Positions 10,777-19,996 of a DNA stretch of 64,000 nucleotides are shown piece by piece. The stretch covers positions 4,575 through 68,574 of the forward strand of contig JBDRNJ010000044.1 of NCBI GenBank assembly GCA_043811375.1, read 5' to 3'. Below the pieces are notes generated by a model. The model saw nothing but the letters and a program-made list of their open reading frames with translations, made no database searches and was not told the origin of the DNA. The position numbers were made by a program, and so were the translations under genes. The DNA comes from a bacterium (GTDB lineage: Bacteria; Zixibacteria; MSB-5A5; GN15; FEB-12). Position 1 is the first letter of the stretch; the number at the start of each line of letters is the position of its first letter.

Positions 10777-11553
10777 TTATTCCGACGAACGGAGATTCCT
10801 CAAAGAGAAGATACCATCATCAACTTTGCGGTCGAAGTCGAGCTGCAAATAGCGGATGACAGTCTTGTGCCCCTCTTTGGCCTGGGGAACCATTTCCATT
10901 TCTGCCGGTAAGGTACGTTTGCCGAATGATCTTATGTTCTTGTACCGCATGACACGCATCAGCTTGCCTTTTTCATCGTAGTACTTCTGCCAGACAGGAA
11001 GGTGATCGCTCCTGCGGGCCGCTATCACAATGTTGCCCCAGACAATCGGCAGGTCTTCACGCGGAATGCAGTTGACATAGATCAGGTCATTATCAGCGCT
11101 GTCAACAGTAATCAATTCGTAGGAATAATCCTCGAAAAGGGAAAACTCCTTGACCAGATCGTCATTGGTGAAATCCGAGCCCATCCACGAGCTCATCATC
11201 ATCGACGGCGGAATCTTGATCACTTTGTTGGTCTTGGGCAGGTAGTTCCACATCTCGTTGTCGATACGCAGCGTAGCCACGCCGTTTTCCTTCTGAGGTG
11301 CGGTGATGCGAAGGAAGGTCCTGTCCAGGCCTTCCGTCCAGCATTTCATAGCCAGAGTCCGTTGCCAGCGAGGTGTGACGATTTCCATCTCAATCTCAGA
11401 ATAACTGGAAGAACTGCGATAGAGCTGATCAATGTCCCTGATTATCTGTTTGACATCGTTGATTGTCTCGTCAGTCTGAGTACCTGCCGTCGGCAAGATC
11501 AGGAATACTGTCAGGAAAACGGTAATGCTGCCGATCGATCGTCTCATCAGCAT
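10777..11553 (-). CDS. LolA-like outer-membrane lipoprotein-sorting protein
   Basis: Start chosen at MLMRRSIGS... (AAGAGGA RBS upstream). Signal peptide present. LolA_like pattern ...MWNYLPKTNKVIKIPPSMMMSSWMGSDFTNDDL.... First gene of the ABC cluster. Confidence 0.7.
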   Translation of the reverse strand: MLMRRSIGSITVFLTVFLILPTAGTQTDETINDVKQIIRDIDQLYRSSSSYSEIEMEIVTPRWQRTLAMKCWTEGLDRTFLRITAPQKENGVATLRIDNEMWNYLPKTNKVIKIPPSMMMSSWMGSDFTNDDLVKEFSLFEDYSYELITVDSADNDLIYVNCIPREDLPIVWGNIVIAARRSDHLPVWQKYYDEKGKLMRVMRYKNIRSFGKRTLPAEMEMVPQAKEGHKTVIRYLQLDFDRKVDDGIFSLRNLRSSE

Positions 11554-11581
11554 CGTCCTCTTATCTTCACTTACCCCTACT

Positions 11582-11712
11582 GGGCTTGTTGATAAACATA
11601 ACAAACGTCATAGCGAGGAGCGAAGCGACGTGGCTATCTCGTTGACATTCAATATCCGAGATTGCCACGCTGTCGCTCGCAATGACGAGAACAGGACTTT
11701 TTCAACAAGCCC
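11582..11712. repeat. about 130-bp nested imperfect palindrome (repeat module D)
   Basis: Outer arms GGGCTTGTTGA (11582-11592) / TCAACAAGCCC (11702-11712). Inner arms CGTCATAGCGAG...GTGGCTATCTCG / CGAGATTGCCAC...CTCGCAATGACG. The left inner arm recurs at 34661-34680. Confidence 0.8.
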
Positions 11713-11811
11713 TACTCACTGGGCTCAACGATAATTTATCAACTTAGATTGCACAAGTTTATTTACGACTGAAGGAACGAGTGATTGGAAGAGAATGATT
11801 GCAGTCGGCCC

Positions 11812-13539
11812 CTACCGAATCTCAAACCTGATACCGGCCGTCTCAAACCGGGAGCGGACACTGATCGTATCCGGGTAGCTGGCCGATGTCTCCGCCAGGT
11901 GAAAGGGAGATATTGAGCCAACTCCCCGGGCGCCGTCCAGGTCGGAGTCGACAAATCCGGACAGCAGATACTTGCCCGACGGGACATCAATTGTAAACGC
12001 CCGGTCGGTCACGGACAGATCAAACATCTGGCTCGATCCCACTTTCTTGAAAGACAACACCGCCGGACTGTCCTGCTGCCCCTCGATAGCAATCACCACT
12101 TCCCCGGAGATCGACCCCAGAGTGGAACTGTTCAGGGTGGAGAAAGAGTGCTGTTTGAGACTGTCACCGAGCATATTGCCGGCCGCATCGGCGATCTCAA
12201 ACTCGGCCACCGTCAGTGTGTATGACGTGCCCTCATTCAAATCGGACGGTAGCAGCAGCAGGTGGAAAGGATCGCGCCACATAAGAGTCAGGGGAATGTT
12301 TTGTTCTTTGTCGTCCTGAAGCACAAAAGTTTCGCCGGTTAATCCGGTGGTGTCCAGCGGTTCGGAAAAAACCAGTTGCAGTTCGACATCCTCGACGAAT
12401 CGGGGCGCCGGGTCGGGGTAAAAGCGTTCGATAACGGGAGGCTTCTGGTCGTCTGCGACTGCGGATTCAATCCCGGCGTAGGTCATGGCCGACTGGGTCA
12501 GATCGAACATCAGTTCCAGGTCGTAAACACCCTCAGACAGGCTGTCAAAATGCGCGTGTAGAACCGTTGTTTTCTCGAGGTCACACTCCGGAAACGATCC
12601 GGCCACACTAACCTGACCGCTGTCCGTTTGACTTGACAGCAACAGGTTTGACGGATTCTGACACAGGATATCCAGTTCAATCGACCGCGACATACGGATT
12701 TTCAACAGTCCCCCGGCTGTGAAAGCGGCGGAGATTATTTCGGTAGTGACTGTATCCTGAGTCGTCAGCATCAGTTCCAGGTTGTCTACCGGCACTTTAC
12801 CACCGGGAACAATCGGACGGTCGGGCAGGGCAAACGATTCCCGCGATGGATTAAAACGTTCGTCCCGGTTTTTGTCCTCGAATGCTACCAGGCGGTACTC
12901 GCGAGACGGAAGATACTGAAACGTGAAGCCCCCTTCCTGGTTGGACCTGGTCAGGTAGTCGGGGTACAGTGAATCCAGGATGGTTGTCGTGTCGTCAAAG
13001 ACGGTCGCCCGATATAGTCCCACCATCAGCCCGGCTCGCGGTTTGTCGGCCGCGAATACCCGGCCGGAGACAACACCGGAGTCGATAAAAGCTCCGGTCG
13101 AAAAGGCGATCATTACCGAACTGTCGAGTTTGTTGCCGCGCAGATCGACAATGTCGGCGCTCAGCGACACGATGTAGGTCTCATCGGTGCGGAAAGTGTC
13201 CGGCAGGACGATCTCCAGCCGATCCGATTTCCATTTGAGCCTGGGCTCCTGAAGGGGACGGGGCGATATAAACACAGCCTTGCCGGTGCGTGGACTGACA
13301 ACCCGCTCGGAAAAAAAGAGCTCGATGACTCGATCCGGGGTTACCTCGGTCGCTTTGTCGGCCGGGACCGATCCCATCAGAAGCGGACGCAACTTGTCGG
13401 CTTCGCCTCCGGGTGGGGGAGCCACCTCGGCGCAGGAGATCAAACCGGCGATCAAAGTTGACAAGATTAGAAATAGATATCGGATCGGGTTGCCCCTGTG
13501 CAGCCGTTTAAGGACCGAGTTTTTGCTTGATCTGTTCAT
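11812..13539 (-). CDS. bacterial Ig-like (SbsA/Big_5-type) domain lipoprotein
   Basis: 575 aa with a lipobox-like LISCAE. Ig-like domain starts of the type ...ATEVTPDRVIELFFSERV... and ...FVEDVELQLVFSEPLD.... Function unknown. Confidence 0.55.
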   Translation of the reverse strand: MNRSSKNSVLKRLHRGNPIRYLFLILSTLIAGLISCAEVAPPPGGEADKLRPLLMGSVPADKATEVTPDRVIELFFSERVVSPRTGKAVFISPRPLQEPRLKWKSDRLEIVLPDTFRTDETYIVSLSADIVDLRGNKLDSSVMIAFSTGAFIDSGVVSGRVFAADKPRAGLMVGLYRATVFDDTTTILDSLYPDYLTRSNQEGGFTFQYLPSREYRLVAFEDKNRDERFNPSRESFALPDRPIVPGGKVPVDNLELMLTTQDTVTTEIISAAFTAGGLLKIRMSRSIELDILCQNPSNLLLSSQTDSGQVSVAGSFPECDLEKTTVLHAHFDSLSEGVYDLELMFDLTQSAMTYAGIESAVADDQKPPVIERFYPDPAPRFVEDVELQLVFSEPLDTTGLTGETFVLQDDKEQNIPLTLMWRDPFHLLLLPSDLNEGTSYTLTVAEFEIADAAGNMLGDSLKQHSFSTLNSSTLGSISGEVVIAIEGQQDSPAVLSFKKVGSSQMFDLSVTDRAFTIDVPSGKYLLSGFVDSDLDGARGVGSISPFHLAETSASYPDTISVRSRFETAGIRFEIR

Positions 13540-15211
13540 TATCCGGGTCTAAGTCCAACGCCTTTTGCCACCAGGTGCGAGCCTTATGTGATTCACCCAC
13601 TGCCTGATATACATCTCCCAGATGATCGAAAATTACCGGGTCACTGTCAAGTGTTACCGCTTTTTCAAGGTGGATAAGCGCTTCGGTATAATCACCCAGG
13701 CGATAGTGGACCCACCCGTAGCTGTCAAGATAGGCAGCGTTGTCCGGTTCATGAGACACGGCGCGGGCGATCAACTCGCGAGCATAATTCAGCCGCTCAC
13801 CCCGATCGGCCAGCATGTATCCCAGGTAGTTGAGCGCCTCATCGTAGTCCGGGTGACCCGCGACAAGTTCCTCAAATGTCGCTAACGCTTCGTCAATCCG
13901 ACCGTAGCGCTCGTGGGCGGCGCCCAGCGCCAACAGCAGTCGCGACCGTCCCGTGTCGTCCCGCATATGACTGAGACCGGTCTGGTAGGTCTCTATCTCT
14001 TTATCATGTTGACCCAGTTCCCGGTATACATAGCCCAGGTCAAGCCACGATTCGTACAAGGAGTCGGACAACTGGGTCAGCAATGTGAATTGCTGAAGGG
14101 CTCGATCGAAATTATCACGCCGAACTGCAATGCGGCCCAGATAGAAGTGATTGGCCGGGTGAGGCCGGCCGTTTTCAGCCAGTTGACTGAATATCGAGTC
14201 GGACTGCTGAAGAGAATCCAGCCAGTAGTACAGCATACCCAGCCGCCGGGAGGCACCCTCGTCCAGAGGCGTCAATTCCACCTCGCGCCAGGCGTGATAA
14301 AGAGCCTTATCCAATGAGTCCAGACTTGTATATAGTCCCCGTAAGCACCGATGGGCAACCACATTAGATGGCGCAACATCAACCGCAGCATTAAATACTG
14401 TCAGTGCCGACTCGGGTTGCTGGTTGGCTTCGTACAGATTACCCAAACCGATGAAAGCGGCAATATTGTTCTGACCGCTGTTGATATCGATCGACTTTTG
14501 ATATGACTGCCTGGCCTCTTCGTATCTGCCAGCCTGGGCCTGCAACATACCCAGTTCTCCACTCAGACGGTACTGGTGAGGCCGCAGCCGGGTCAGGTTT
14601 TCGTAGGCCCATATCAGGGAATCGAGGTTGTTCAGGCGGCGGTAGGTGCCGGCCAGGTAGGCGTACGCCCGCGATTGTGTTGAGTCGAGCGCCACCAACT
14701 TCAGGTAACAAATCCGGGCCGAGTCCTCAGCCCCGGTAGCAGAGTATGTAATGGCCCGCAACTGCCAGACGGCCGTATCCTCGGGTATGATGGGTGCCAG
14801 TACCGACAGTCCCCTTTGGTATTCCTGTAGCTTGTGAAGGTGGCCGGCCAGGGAAAACCGAATCTCGTACGAACCGGGGCAATATCGCAGTGCCCTGGAG
14901 TAGTAAGTTGCCGCCTGATAGGGGTTGCCCATCTGCTCATAGAGTACGGCCTGGACATAGTAGGCAAAAGCTTCCGGGCGTATCTGCTCGTCGGCAGGTT
15001 CCGAAGCCCTCTCGGTCGTGGTCTCGATGACGGACATCCTGGTCGGGGTCTCGGCTGCTGTCTGTTTGTGCAGGGTGGAGGAGCAACCGGTTACCAGCAC
15101 CGGCAGCAACATTATACCAACAATTTTCAGCAACTCTCGGATCATGTTCTTTTGTACAAATTCTGGAGAGTTTCGCATCAACGAAAGTGCCGCCGGCCGG
15201 GGAGATTTCAA
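13508..15211 (-). CDS. TPR-repeat lipoprotein
   Basis: Many TPR-like repeats (A..Y...AL...P....A...LG..Y). The more likely start is MIRELLKIVGIMLLPVLVTGCSS at 15145 (lipobox). Overlaps tyrS by 4 nt if it starts at 15211. Confidence 0.75.
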   Translation of the reverse strand: MKSPRPAALSLMRNSPEFVQKNMIRELLKIVGIMLLPVLVTGCSSTLHKQTAAETPTRMSVIETTTERASEPADEQIRPEAFAYYVQAVLYEQMGNPYQAATYYSRALRYCPGSYEIRFSLAGHLHKLQEYQRGLSVLAPIIPEDTAVWQLRAITYSATGAEDSARICYLKLVALDSTQSRAYAYLAGTYRRLNNLDSLIWAYENLTRLRPHQYRLSGELGMLQAQAGRYEEARQSYQKSIDINSGQNNIAAFIGLGNLYEANQQPESALTVFNAAVDVAPSNVVAHRCLRGLYTSLDSLDKALYHAWREVELTPLDEGASRRLGMLYYWLDSLQQSDSIFSQLAENGRPHPANHFYLGRIAVRRDNFDRALQQFTLLTQLSDSLYESWLDLGYVYRELGQHDKEIETYQTGLSHMRDDTGRSRLLLALGAAHERYGRIDEALATFEELVAGHPDYDEALNYLGYMLADRGERLNYARELIARAVSHEPDNAAYLDSYGWVHYRLGDYTEALIHLEKAVTLDSDPVIFDHLGDVYQAVGESHKARTWWQKALDLDPDNEQIKQKLGP

Positions 15212-16485
15212 CCGCGAATCTTGAGAAACCGCCTTTTCCCGACCTTCAGAATCTTATCGCGACCCGCTTCCAGAGCGAATTCGTAGTTAGCATCTGTAAT
15301 CTTCTCACCGTCAAGTAAAACGGCGCCGGCCTCGATAAGTTTCCGCGCCTCGCTGTTGGAGCGCGATAAACCGGCGCGCGCCATCAGGTGCACCAGGTAA
15401 ATTCGACCTGAATTCAGGTCCCAATCCGCAAGCTGATCGCTTCCCGCCTCAGACATGTCGGCGGGCAATTCCTTGTGAGTAAAAACACGTTCAAACTCCA
15501 CACGTGCCGTTTTTCCGGAACCAGGCGAATTGTACATCTCCACCAGCCTTTCGCCCAACTCCTTCTTGATAGACATAGGGTTGATATCGGGCTGGGAAAG
15601 ACGTTTTTTTATCTCCTCCAGTTGCTCCAGAGTGACGTCGGTGGCCATCTCGAAATACGGAGATATCATATCGTCAGTGATTGACATCACTTTGCCGAAG
15701 ATTTCCCGGGGGTCCTCATCAATGCCGATGTAGTTGCCCAGCGACTTGGACATGCGCTTCTCGCCGTCGATTCCCACCAGCACCGGCAGAGTCAGAACCG
15801 CCTGTGGTTCGATACCGTAAGCTTCTTGTATCGTCCTCCCGGCCAGCAGGTTGAACTTCTGTTCGGTGGCGCCGATCTCGACGTTAGCCTTGATAGCTAC
15901 CGAATCATAGGCCTGCATCAGCGGGTAGAACAACTCGTGAATGGAGATAGGAATACCGCGACGCATCCGGGTTTCAAAATCGTCTCTCTCCAGTAACCGG
16001 GCTACCGTGAATCGGGAGGCTAACTTCATGATGTCCGTAAAGGGCATCTCCTTAAACCATTCGCCGTTGAAACGCACTTCCGTCTTTGACTTGTCCAGAA
16101 TCTTGAAAAACTGTTTCTGATAAGTCTCGGCGTTCTTCATGATTCTATCGTATTCCAACTGGGGGCGTGTGGCCGATTGACCGGAAGGATCACCCACCAT
16201 CGCCGTATAGTCGCCGACTATGAGAACGATCTGGTGTCCCAGGTCCTGAAACTGACGGAGTTTGCGGATACCGATAGTATGGCCCAGGTGGATATCGGGA
16301 GCGGTCGGATCGAAGCCCTGTTTGACGCGGAGAGGTACATTATCGGCAATTGATTTTCTTACCAACTCCTCGAATTCGCCCTCAGGCAGGAGATCAACAG
16401 TTCCCCGGGCAATAATTTGCCACTGATGGTCAAACTCGGTCTGGAGTCGACTGTCTTGAGCATCTGGCTTCAACGGCTTCTCCAA
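15208..16485 (-). CDS. tyrS: tyrosine--tRNA ligase
   Basis: Class I HIGH variant DIHLGH, KMSKS as RMSKSLGN, and a C-terminal S4-like domain. Confidence 0.95.
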   Translation of the reverse strand: MEKPLKPDAQDSRLQTEFDHQWQIIARGTVDLLPEGEFEELVRKSIADNVPLRVKQGFDPTAPDIHLGHTIGIRKLRQFQDLGHQIVLIVGDYTAMVGDPSGQSATRPQLEYDRIMKNAETYQKQFFKILDKSKTEVRFNGEWFKEMPFTDIMKLASRFTVARLLERDDFETRMRRGIPISIHELFYPLMQAYDSVAIKANVEIGATEQKFNLLAGRTIQEAYGIEPQAVLTLPVLVGIDGEKRMSKSLGNYIGIDEDPREIFGKVMSITDDMISPYFEMATDVTLEQLEEIKKRLSQPDINPMSIKKELGERLVEMYNSPGSGKTARVEFERVFTHKELPADMSEAGSDQLADWDLNSGRIYLVHLMARAGLSRSNSEARKLIEAGAVLLDGEKITDANYEFALEAGRDKILKVGKRRFLKIRG

Positions 16486-16646
16486 TCGTGCATCCTTATG
16501 GGCATATCGTCATATAACTGATAAAGGTTGACCGGCCTACCATGACCGGAACTTTTATGGTAGTTATAAAACCGTCGGAAAGCAACCGTGAGGTCCACAC
16601 CAGGATTTATATATTGACTTGCCGGTAATGGAGTGACAAAATAGTA

Positions 16647-18806
16647 ATGATGACCATGAAGGTGAACCAGAAACAGTACCGGGCCGGGAAGTTAAGACGG
16701 CTTTTGATAGCACTGGCCATACTCACCCTCGTCCTGGTGATAGTGGTCGGCTATCGTACTTATGTAGTTTATCAGTCAGAGTTGCCGTCGTTTGAGCAAC
16801 TGCACAATATCGAACCCAGCCTCAAGACAAAGCTGTATGATCGCAACGGTGTTCTGCTCAAAGAGTTCTTCAGCGAGAACCGAGTCCTGACGCCCTATTG
16901 CGATCTGCCGCCCCACCTGGTCGAAATGCTGCTGGCTTCTGAGGACCGCGAGTTTTTCGATCACTGGGGAATCAACATGCGCCGCGTGTTCATGGTTGCT
17001 GTGTCGAACGTTCTCAAATGGGAAAAGGCGGCCGGAGCCTCCACCATCACGCAGCAACTGGCCCGCATGTTGTTCCTTACCAGAAAGCGCACATTTGAAA
17101 GGAAAATCAAAGAGGGACTGACGGCCATCAAGCTGGAGAGGACGTACTCCAAGGAAGAAATCATTGAGATGTACCTCAACCAGTACTACTTCGGTCGCGG
17201 CGCCTACGGTGTCGCGGCGGTGGCCCGGGTTTTCTTTTCGAAATCGGTGGCGGAACTCAACATCAGCGATTGCGCCATCCTGATCGGACTGCTCAAGGGC
17301 CCCAACGTCAACTCGCCGTTTACAAACCCCGAGAAATGTCTCAAGGCGCGCAACCGGGTTCTCTATTCCTATTACTCCGCCGCCGGGCTTACTCGTCGGT
17401 TGTACGACTCCCTCAGCCGGGAACCGGTGCAGATATCTCCCCCCGAGGAGAAAATCGGTATCGCTCCCTTTTATACGGAGTACATAAGGCAGTATATCTA
17501 TGATCGGTACGGTGAAAGCACCCTGTATTCCGGTGGCCTCAAGGTGTTTACATCACTGGATGTCGATCTGCAAAGAGCTGCCGAAGATGCTGTCTACAAG
17601 AAAGTCGACTCCTTGCGGGCGCGAATTGAACGTACCTACTCTGTCGACAACCCTCACTACAGCGAGATATTGCCGGATACCGTCGACGAAGTCGGCCAGC
17701 CGATCCGGGCTCACAAGAAAATACAGGGTGCCTTTATCGCCATCGATAATGCCAACGGCGACATCCTGGCCATGGTGGGCGGGCGATCATTTGAGGAAAC
17801 CAAATTCAACCGGTCGGTGCAGGCGCCACGGCAGCCGGGATCGGCCTTTAAGCCGTTTGTCTACACGGCCTGTATCGACAATGGTTTCCGAACCACCGAC
17901 ATTATCGATGACAACCCGATTGTTTTGGACATTCCCGGGACCAAACAGTGGCGACCGCACAATTTCGACAACAAGTTCATGGGTCCGATTACGCTGCGCG
18001 ACGGTCTGAGACTGTCGAGGAACCTGGTAGCGATCAGGTTGCTTTTGAAAATCCAGCCGCAGCAAGCTATTTTCTATGCGCGCAAGATGGGGATAACCAC
18101 GCCTTTGCCGGAAGTTGCTTCACTGGCGATTGGAGTCGGTGAGGTCAAGCTGCTGGAACTGGTCTCGGCTTTTTCCACTTTCCCCAACCAGGGCATTCAT
18201 ATTCCCTACCGTTCGATTCACAAGATAATCGATCGCTATGGCCGGGTTCTTGAAGACAACAGCGCCGTGGAAAAAGAGGAGGTGCTGTCGGCTAAAACGG
18301 CTTTCATTATGGTCGATATGATGCAGTCGGTGGTTAAAGCCGGCACCGGTCAGGGATCACAATGGATCGGGGGAGGATTCAAGCGACCGGCCGGGGGCAA
18401 GACCGGGACTACTAACAATTTCTGCGACAACTGGTTTATCGGTTATTCACCCCAGATTACAGCCGGTACCTGGATTGGATTCGATGACAAGACTTCAATC
18501 GGCAGAGGTCACGATGGTGCCAGAAACGGCGTACCGATCTGGACCGAGTTCATGATACGCGCTCATGACTCACTGCCGTTGCTTGAGTTTGAGGAACCTG
18601 ACGGAATAGTACATGCCATCGTTTGCCTGGAGTCCGGGGAGCTGGCCACCCAGCGCTGTCTGAATATTCGCAACGAGGTCTTCACCGAAGAAAGCCAGCC
18701 AACAACGGCCTGCCACCTGCACCCGGCCAGGGGGTTGCGGCTTTCAAATTCGTCACGAAATAACCAGCCGGCGCCACAGGATACTACCGGCCGCCGCCAT
18801 TTTTAG
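16647..18806 (+). CDS. mrcA: penicillin-binding protein 1A (GT51 transglycosylase + transpeptidase)
   Basis: EDREFFDHWG and GASTITQQLAR (GT51 motifs). SAFKPF (SxxK), SRN and KTGT (transpeptidase motifs). Confidence 0.9.
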   Translation: MMTMKVNQKQYRAGKLRRLLIALAILTLVLVIVVGYRTYVVYQSELPSFEQLHNIEPSLKTKLYDRNGVLLKEFFSENRVLTPYCDLPPHLVEMLLASEDREFFDHWGINMRRVFMVAVSNVLKWEKAAGASTITQQLARMLFLTRKRTFERKIKEGLTAIKLERTYSKEEIIEMYLNQYYFGRGAYGVAAVARVFFSKSVAELNISDCAILIGLLKGPNVNSPFTNPEKCLKARNRVLYSYYSAAGLTRRLYDSLSREPVQISPPEEKIGIAPFYTEYIRQYIYDRYGESTLYSGGLKVFTSLDVDLQRAAEDAVYKKVDSLRARIERTYSVDNPHYSEILPDTVDEVGQPIRAHKKIQGAFIAIDNANGDILAMVGGRSFEETKFNRSVQAPRQPGSAFKPFVYTACIDNGFRTTDIIDDNPIVLDIPGTKQWRPHNFDNKFMGPITLRDGLRLSRNLVAIRLLLKIQPQQAIFYARKMGITTPLPEVASLAIGVGEVKLLELVSAFSTFPNQGIHIPYRSIHKIIDRYGRVLEDNSAVEKEEVLSAKTAFIMVDMMQSVVKAGTGQGSQWIGGGFKRPAGGKTGTTNNFCDNWFIGYSPQITAGTWIGFDDKTSIGRGHDGARNGVPIWTEFMIRAHDSLPLLEFEEPDGIVHAIVCLESGELATQRCLNIRNEVFTEESQPTTACHLHPARGLRLSNSSRNNQPAPQDTTGRRHF

Positions 18807-18813
18807 CTGGGGT

Positions 18814-18955
18814 CCTGTAGGTCGGCGTTCCGAGTGAGTCCGGCATCAGACGGACGAATGAGAAACCCGACATTTCCCTGGTGGGATGGGATCTTGTCAG
18901 GCTATTGTCGGGTTTCACGGTCGCCAGGGGCTCCCTGGGAACACCGACCTACAGG
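18814..18955. repeat. about 140-bp nested hairpin element (repeat module F)
   Basis: Outer arms CCTGTAGGTCGGCGTTCC (18814-18831) / GGAACACCGACCTACAGG (18938-18955), 17 of 18 complementary. Inner arms GAGAAACCCGACA (18860-18872) / TGTCGGGTTTCAC (18906-18918). Starts 8 nt after the PBP1A stop. A half copy lies at about 34960-35005. Confidence 0.8.
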
Positions 18956-18971
18956 AACTGTCGGGCCGGGT

Positions 18972-19147
18972 GAGGCTGTCCCAAAAGGTAATTATTCTAA
19001 CGCGCGTAGAGCGGGGGCTTGTCTCCCGCCAATAAAAGTGGCGATGCCACCGGCGGAAATAAAGCCCGCCGCTACGCGGGTTTACCGAGTGACGATTTAT
19101 TAGATGTAACGTTAAGTGTACCCAAAGCTGACTTGTGGGACAGCCTC
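18972..19147. mobile_element. 176-bp MITE-like element, copy A1
   Basis: Perfect 12-bp terminal inverted repeats GAGGCTGTCCCA...TGGGACAGCCTC. 167 of 176 nt identical to 34730-34905. No coding capacity. Confidence 0.75.
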
Positions 19148-19232
19148 GAGTCACCCGACAGCACACCACCGTCGGTGGTGGCGGTAAGTCGGTTGCAACA
19201 TTAGAAACTCTGAGGGTTATACAAATACAAAG

Positions 19233-19253
19233 CGACGAGGCCGAAACCTCGCC
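19233..19253 (-). terminator. hairpin downstream of the OmpA-family gene
   Basis: On the minus strand, CGAGG-TTTCGG-CCTCG is followed by TCGCTTTGTATTTG, which is only moderately T-rich. Confidence 0.4.
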
Positions 19254-19295
19254 GCTTGGCTATTTGGATTCTCGATGTGAAATCTTAGGGAGTTG

Positions 19296-19895
19296 TTACA
19301 ACTGCCCCCATACCTTCATTACCACCCGACGGTTCTGTGATGCCGCCTGGCGCTCGTCGGGCATGGCTACCGGTTTTTCTTCGCCGTGTGAAATAATGAA
19401 CAACCTGTACAGCGATACCCCAAAACGCTCGAAGAGATACCGTTTGGCGGCACCGGCTCGCTTCTCGCCCAACAGCAGGTTGTAGCTGGAATTTCCGGTA
19501 CGATCGGTGTGACCGGCGATCTCAATAACGGAACCGGGATGCTGTTCCATTGTCTGCCCGGCCTCATCGAGGGTGGTTGCCGCTACGTCGGTGATATCAT
19601 AGCTGTCGAAATCGAATTTGATCTCACCCGACCAGATAATCTGGTAGTTCTCATACCCTTTGGCCTCATTGATAGCCAGATCGGTCTTGTCCGACAGTTC
19701 ACGGGCCAGCGACTGCAGCCTGGCGATTTCAGTGGCGTTGCCGTCGGTCTGGTCCTTCAGTGTGGTGAGCTTGGCATCAGTTCGAGTCTCCGACTGATTG
19801 ATCTGCTCCTCCACGAAGGCTTTGTTCACGCCGCAGCCGGTGGCAAGCAAAGCCAACCCGACTATTACAACCAGAGTTTTTTTCATGGTCCACAT
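19296..19895 (-). CDS. OmpA-family peptidoglycan-binding lipoprotein
   Basis: Lipobox LLATGCG, a coiled-coil-like N-terminal half, and an OmpA_C motif IEIAGHTDRTGNSSYNLLLGEKRA. Confidence 0.8.
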   Translation of the reverse strand: MWTMKKTLVVIVGLALLATGCGVNKAFVEEQINQSETRTDAKLTTLKDQTDGNATEIARLQSLARELSDKTDLAINEAKGYENYQIIWSGEIKFDFDSYDITDVAATTLDEAGQTMEQHPGSVIEIAGHTDRTGNSSYNLLLGEKRAGAAKRYLFERFGVSLYRLFIISHGEEKPVAMPDERQAASQNRRVVMKVWGQL

Positions 19896-19996
19896 ATCCT
19901 TTCTAAGGTCACACCTTATTTAATCGGCTTGCTGATTCAGAGGCCCAATTTATACGACCGACGCCGACAGGCAACAAAAAAATTGATACTCTCCGT

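Noticed and set aside
18834-19204. Track ORFs inside the intergenic repeats: 18834-19103, 18915-19169, 19019-19204, 26050-26331, 26132-26338, 44737-45156, 44822-45037 and 34554-34742.
   Set aside because: They coincide with the palindromic repeat families A, B, C and F and are open on both strands. Their similarity between copies is at the nucleotide level, including across frame changes. I treat them as translation artefacts of repeats.
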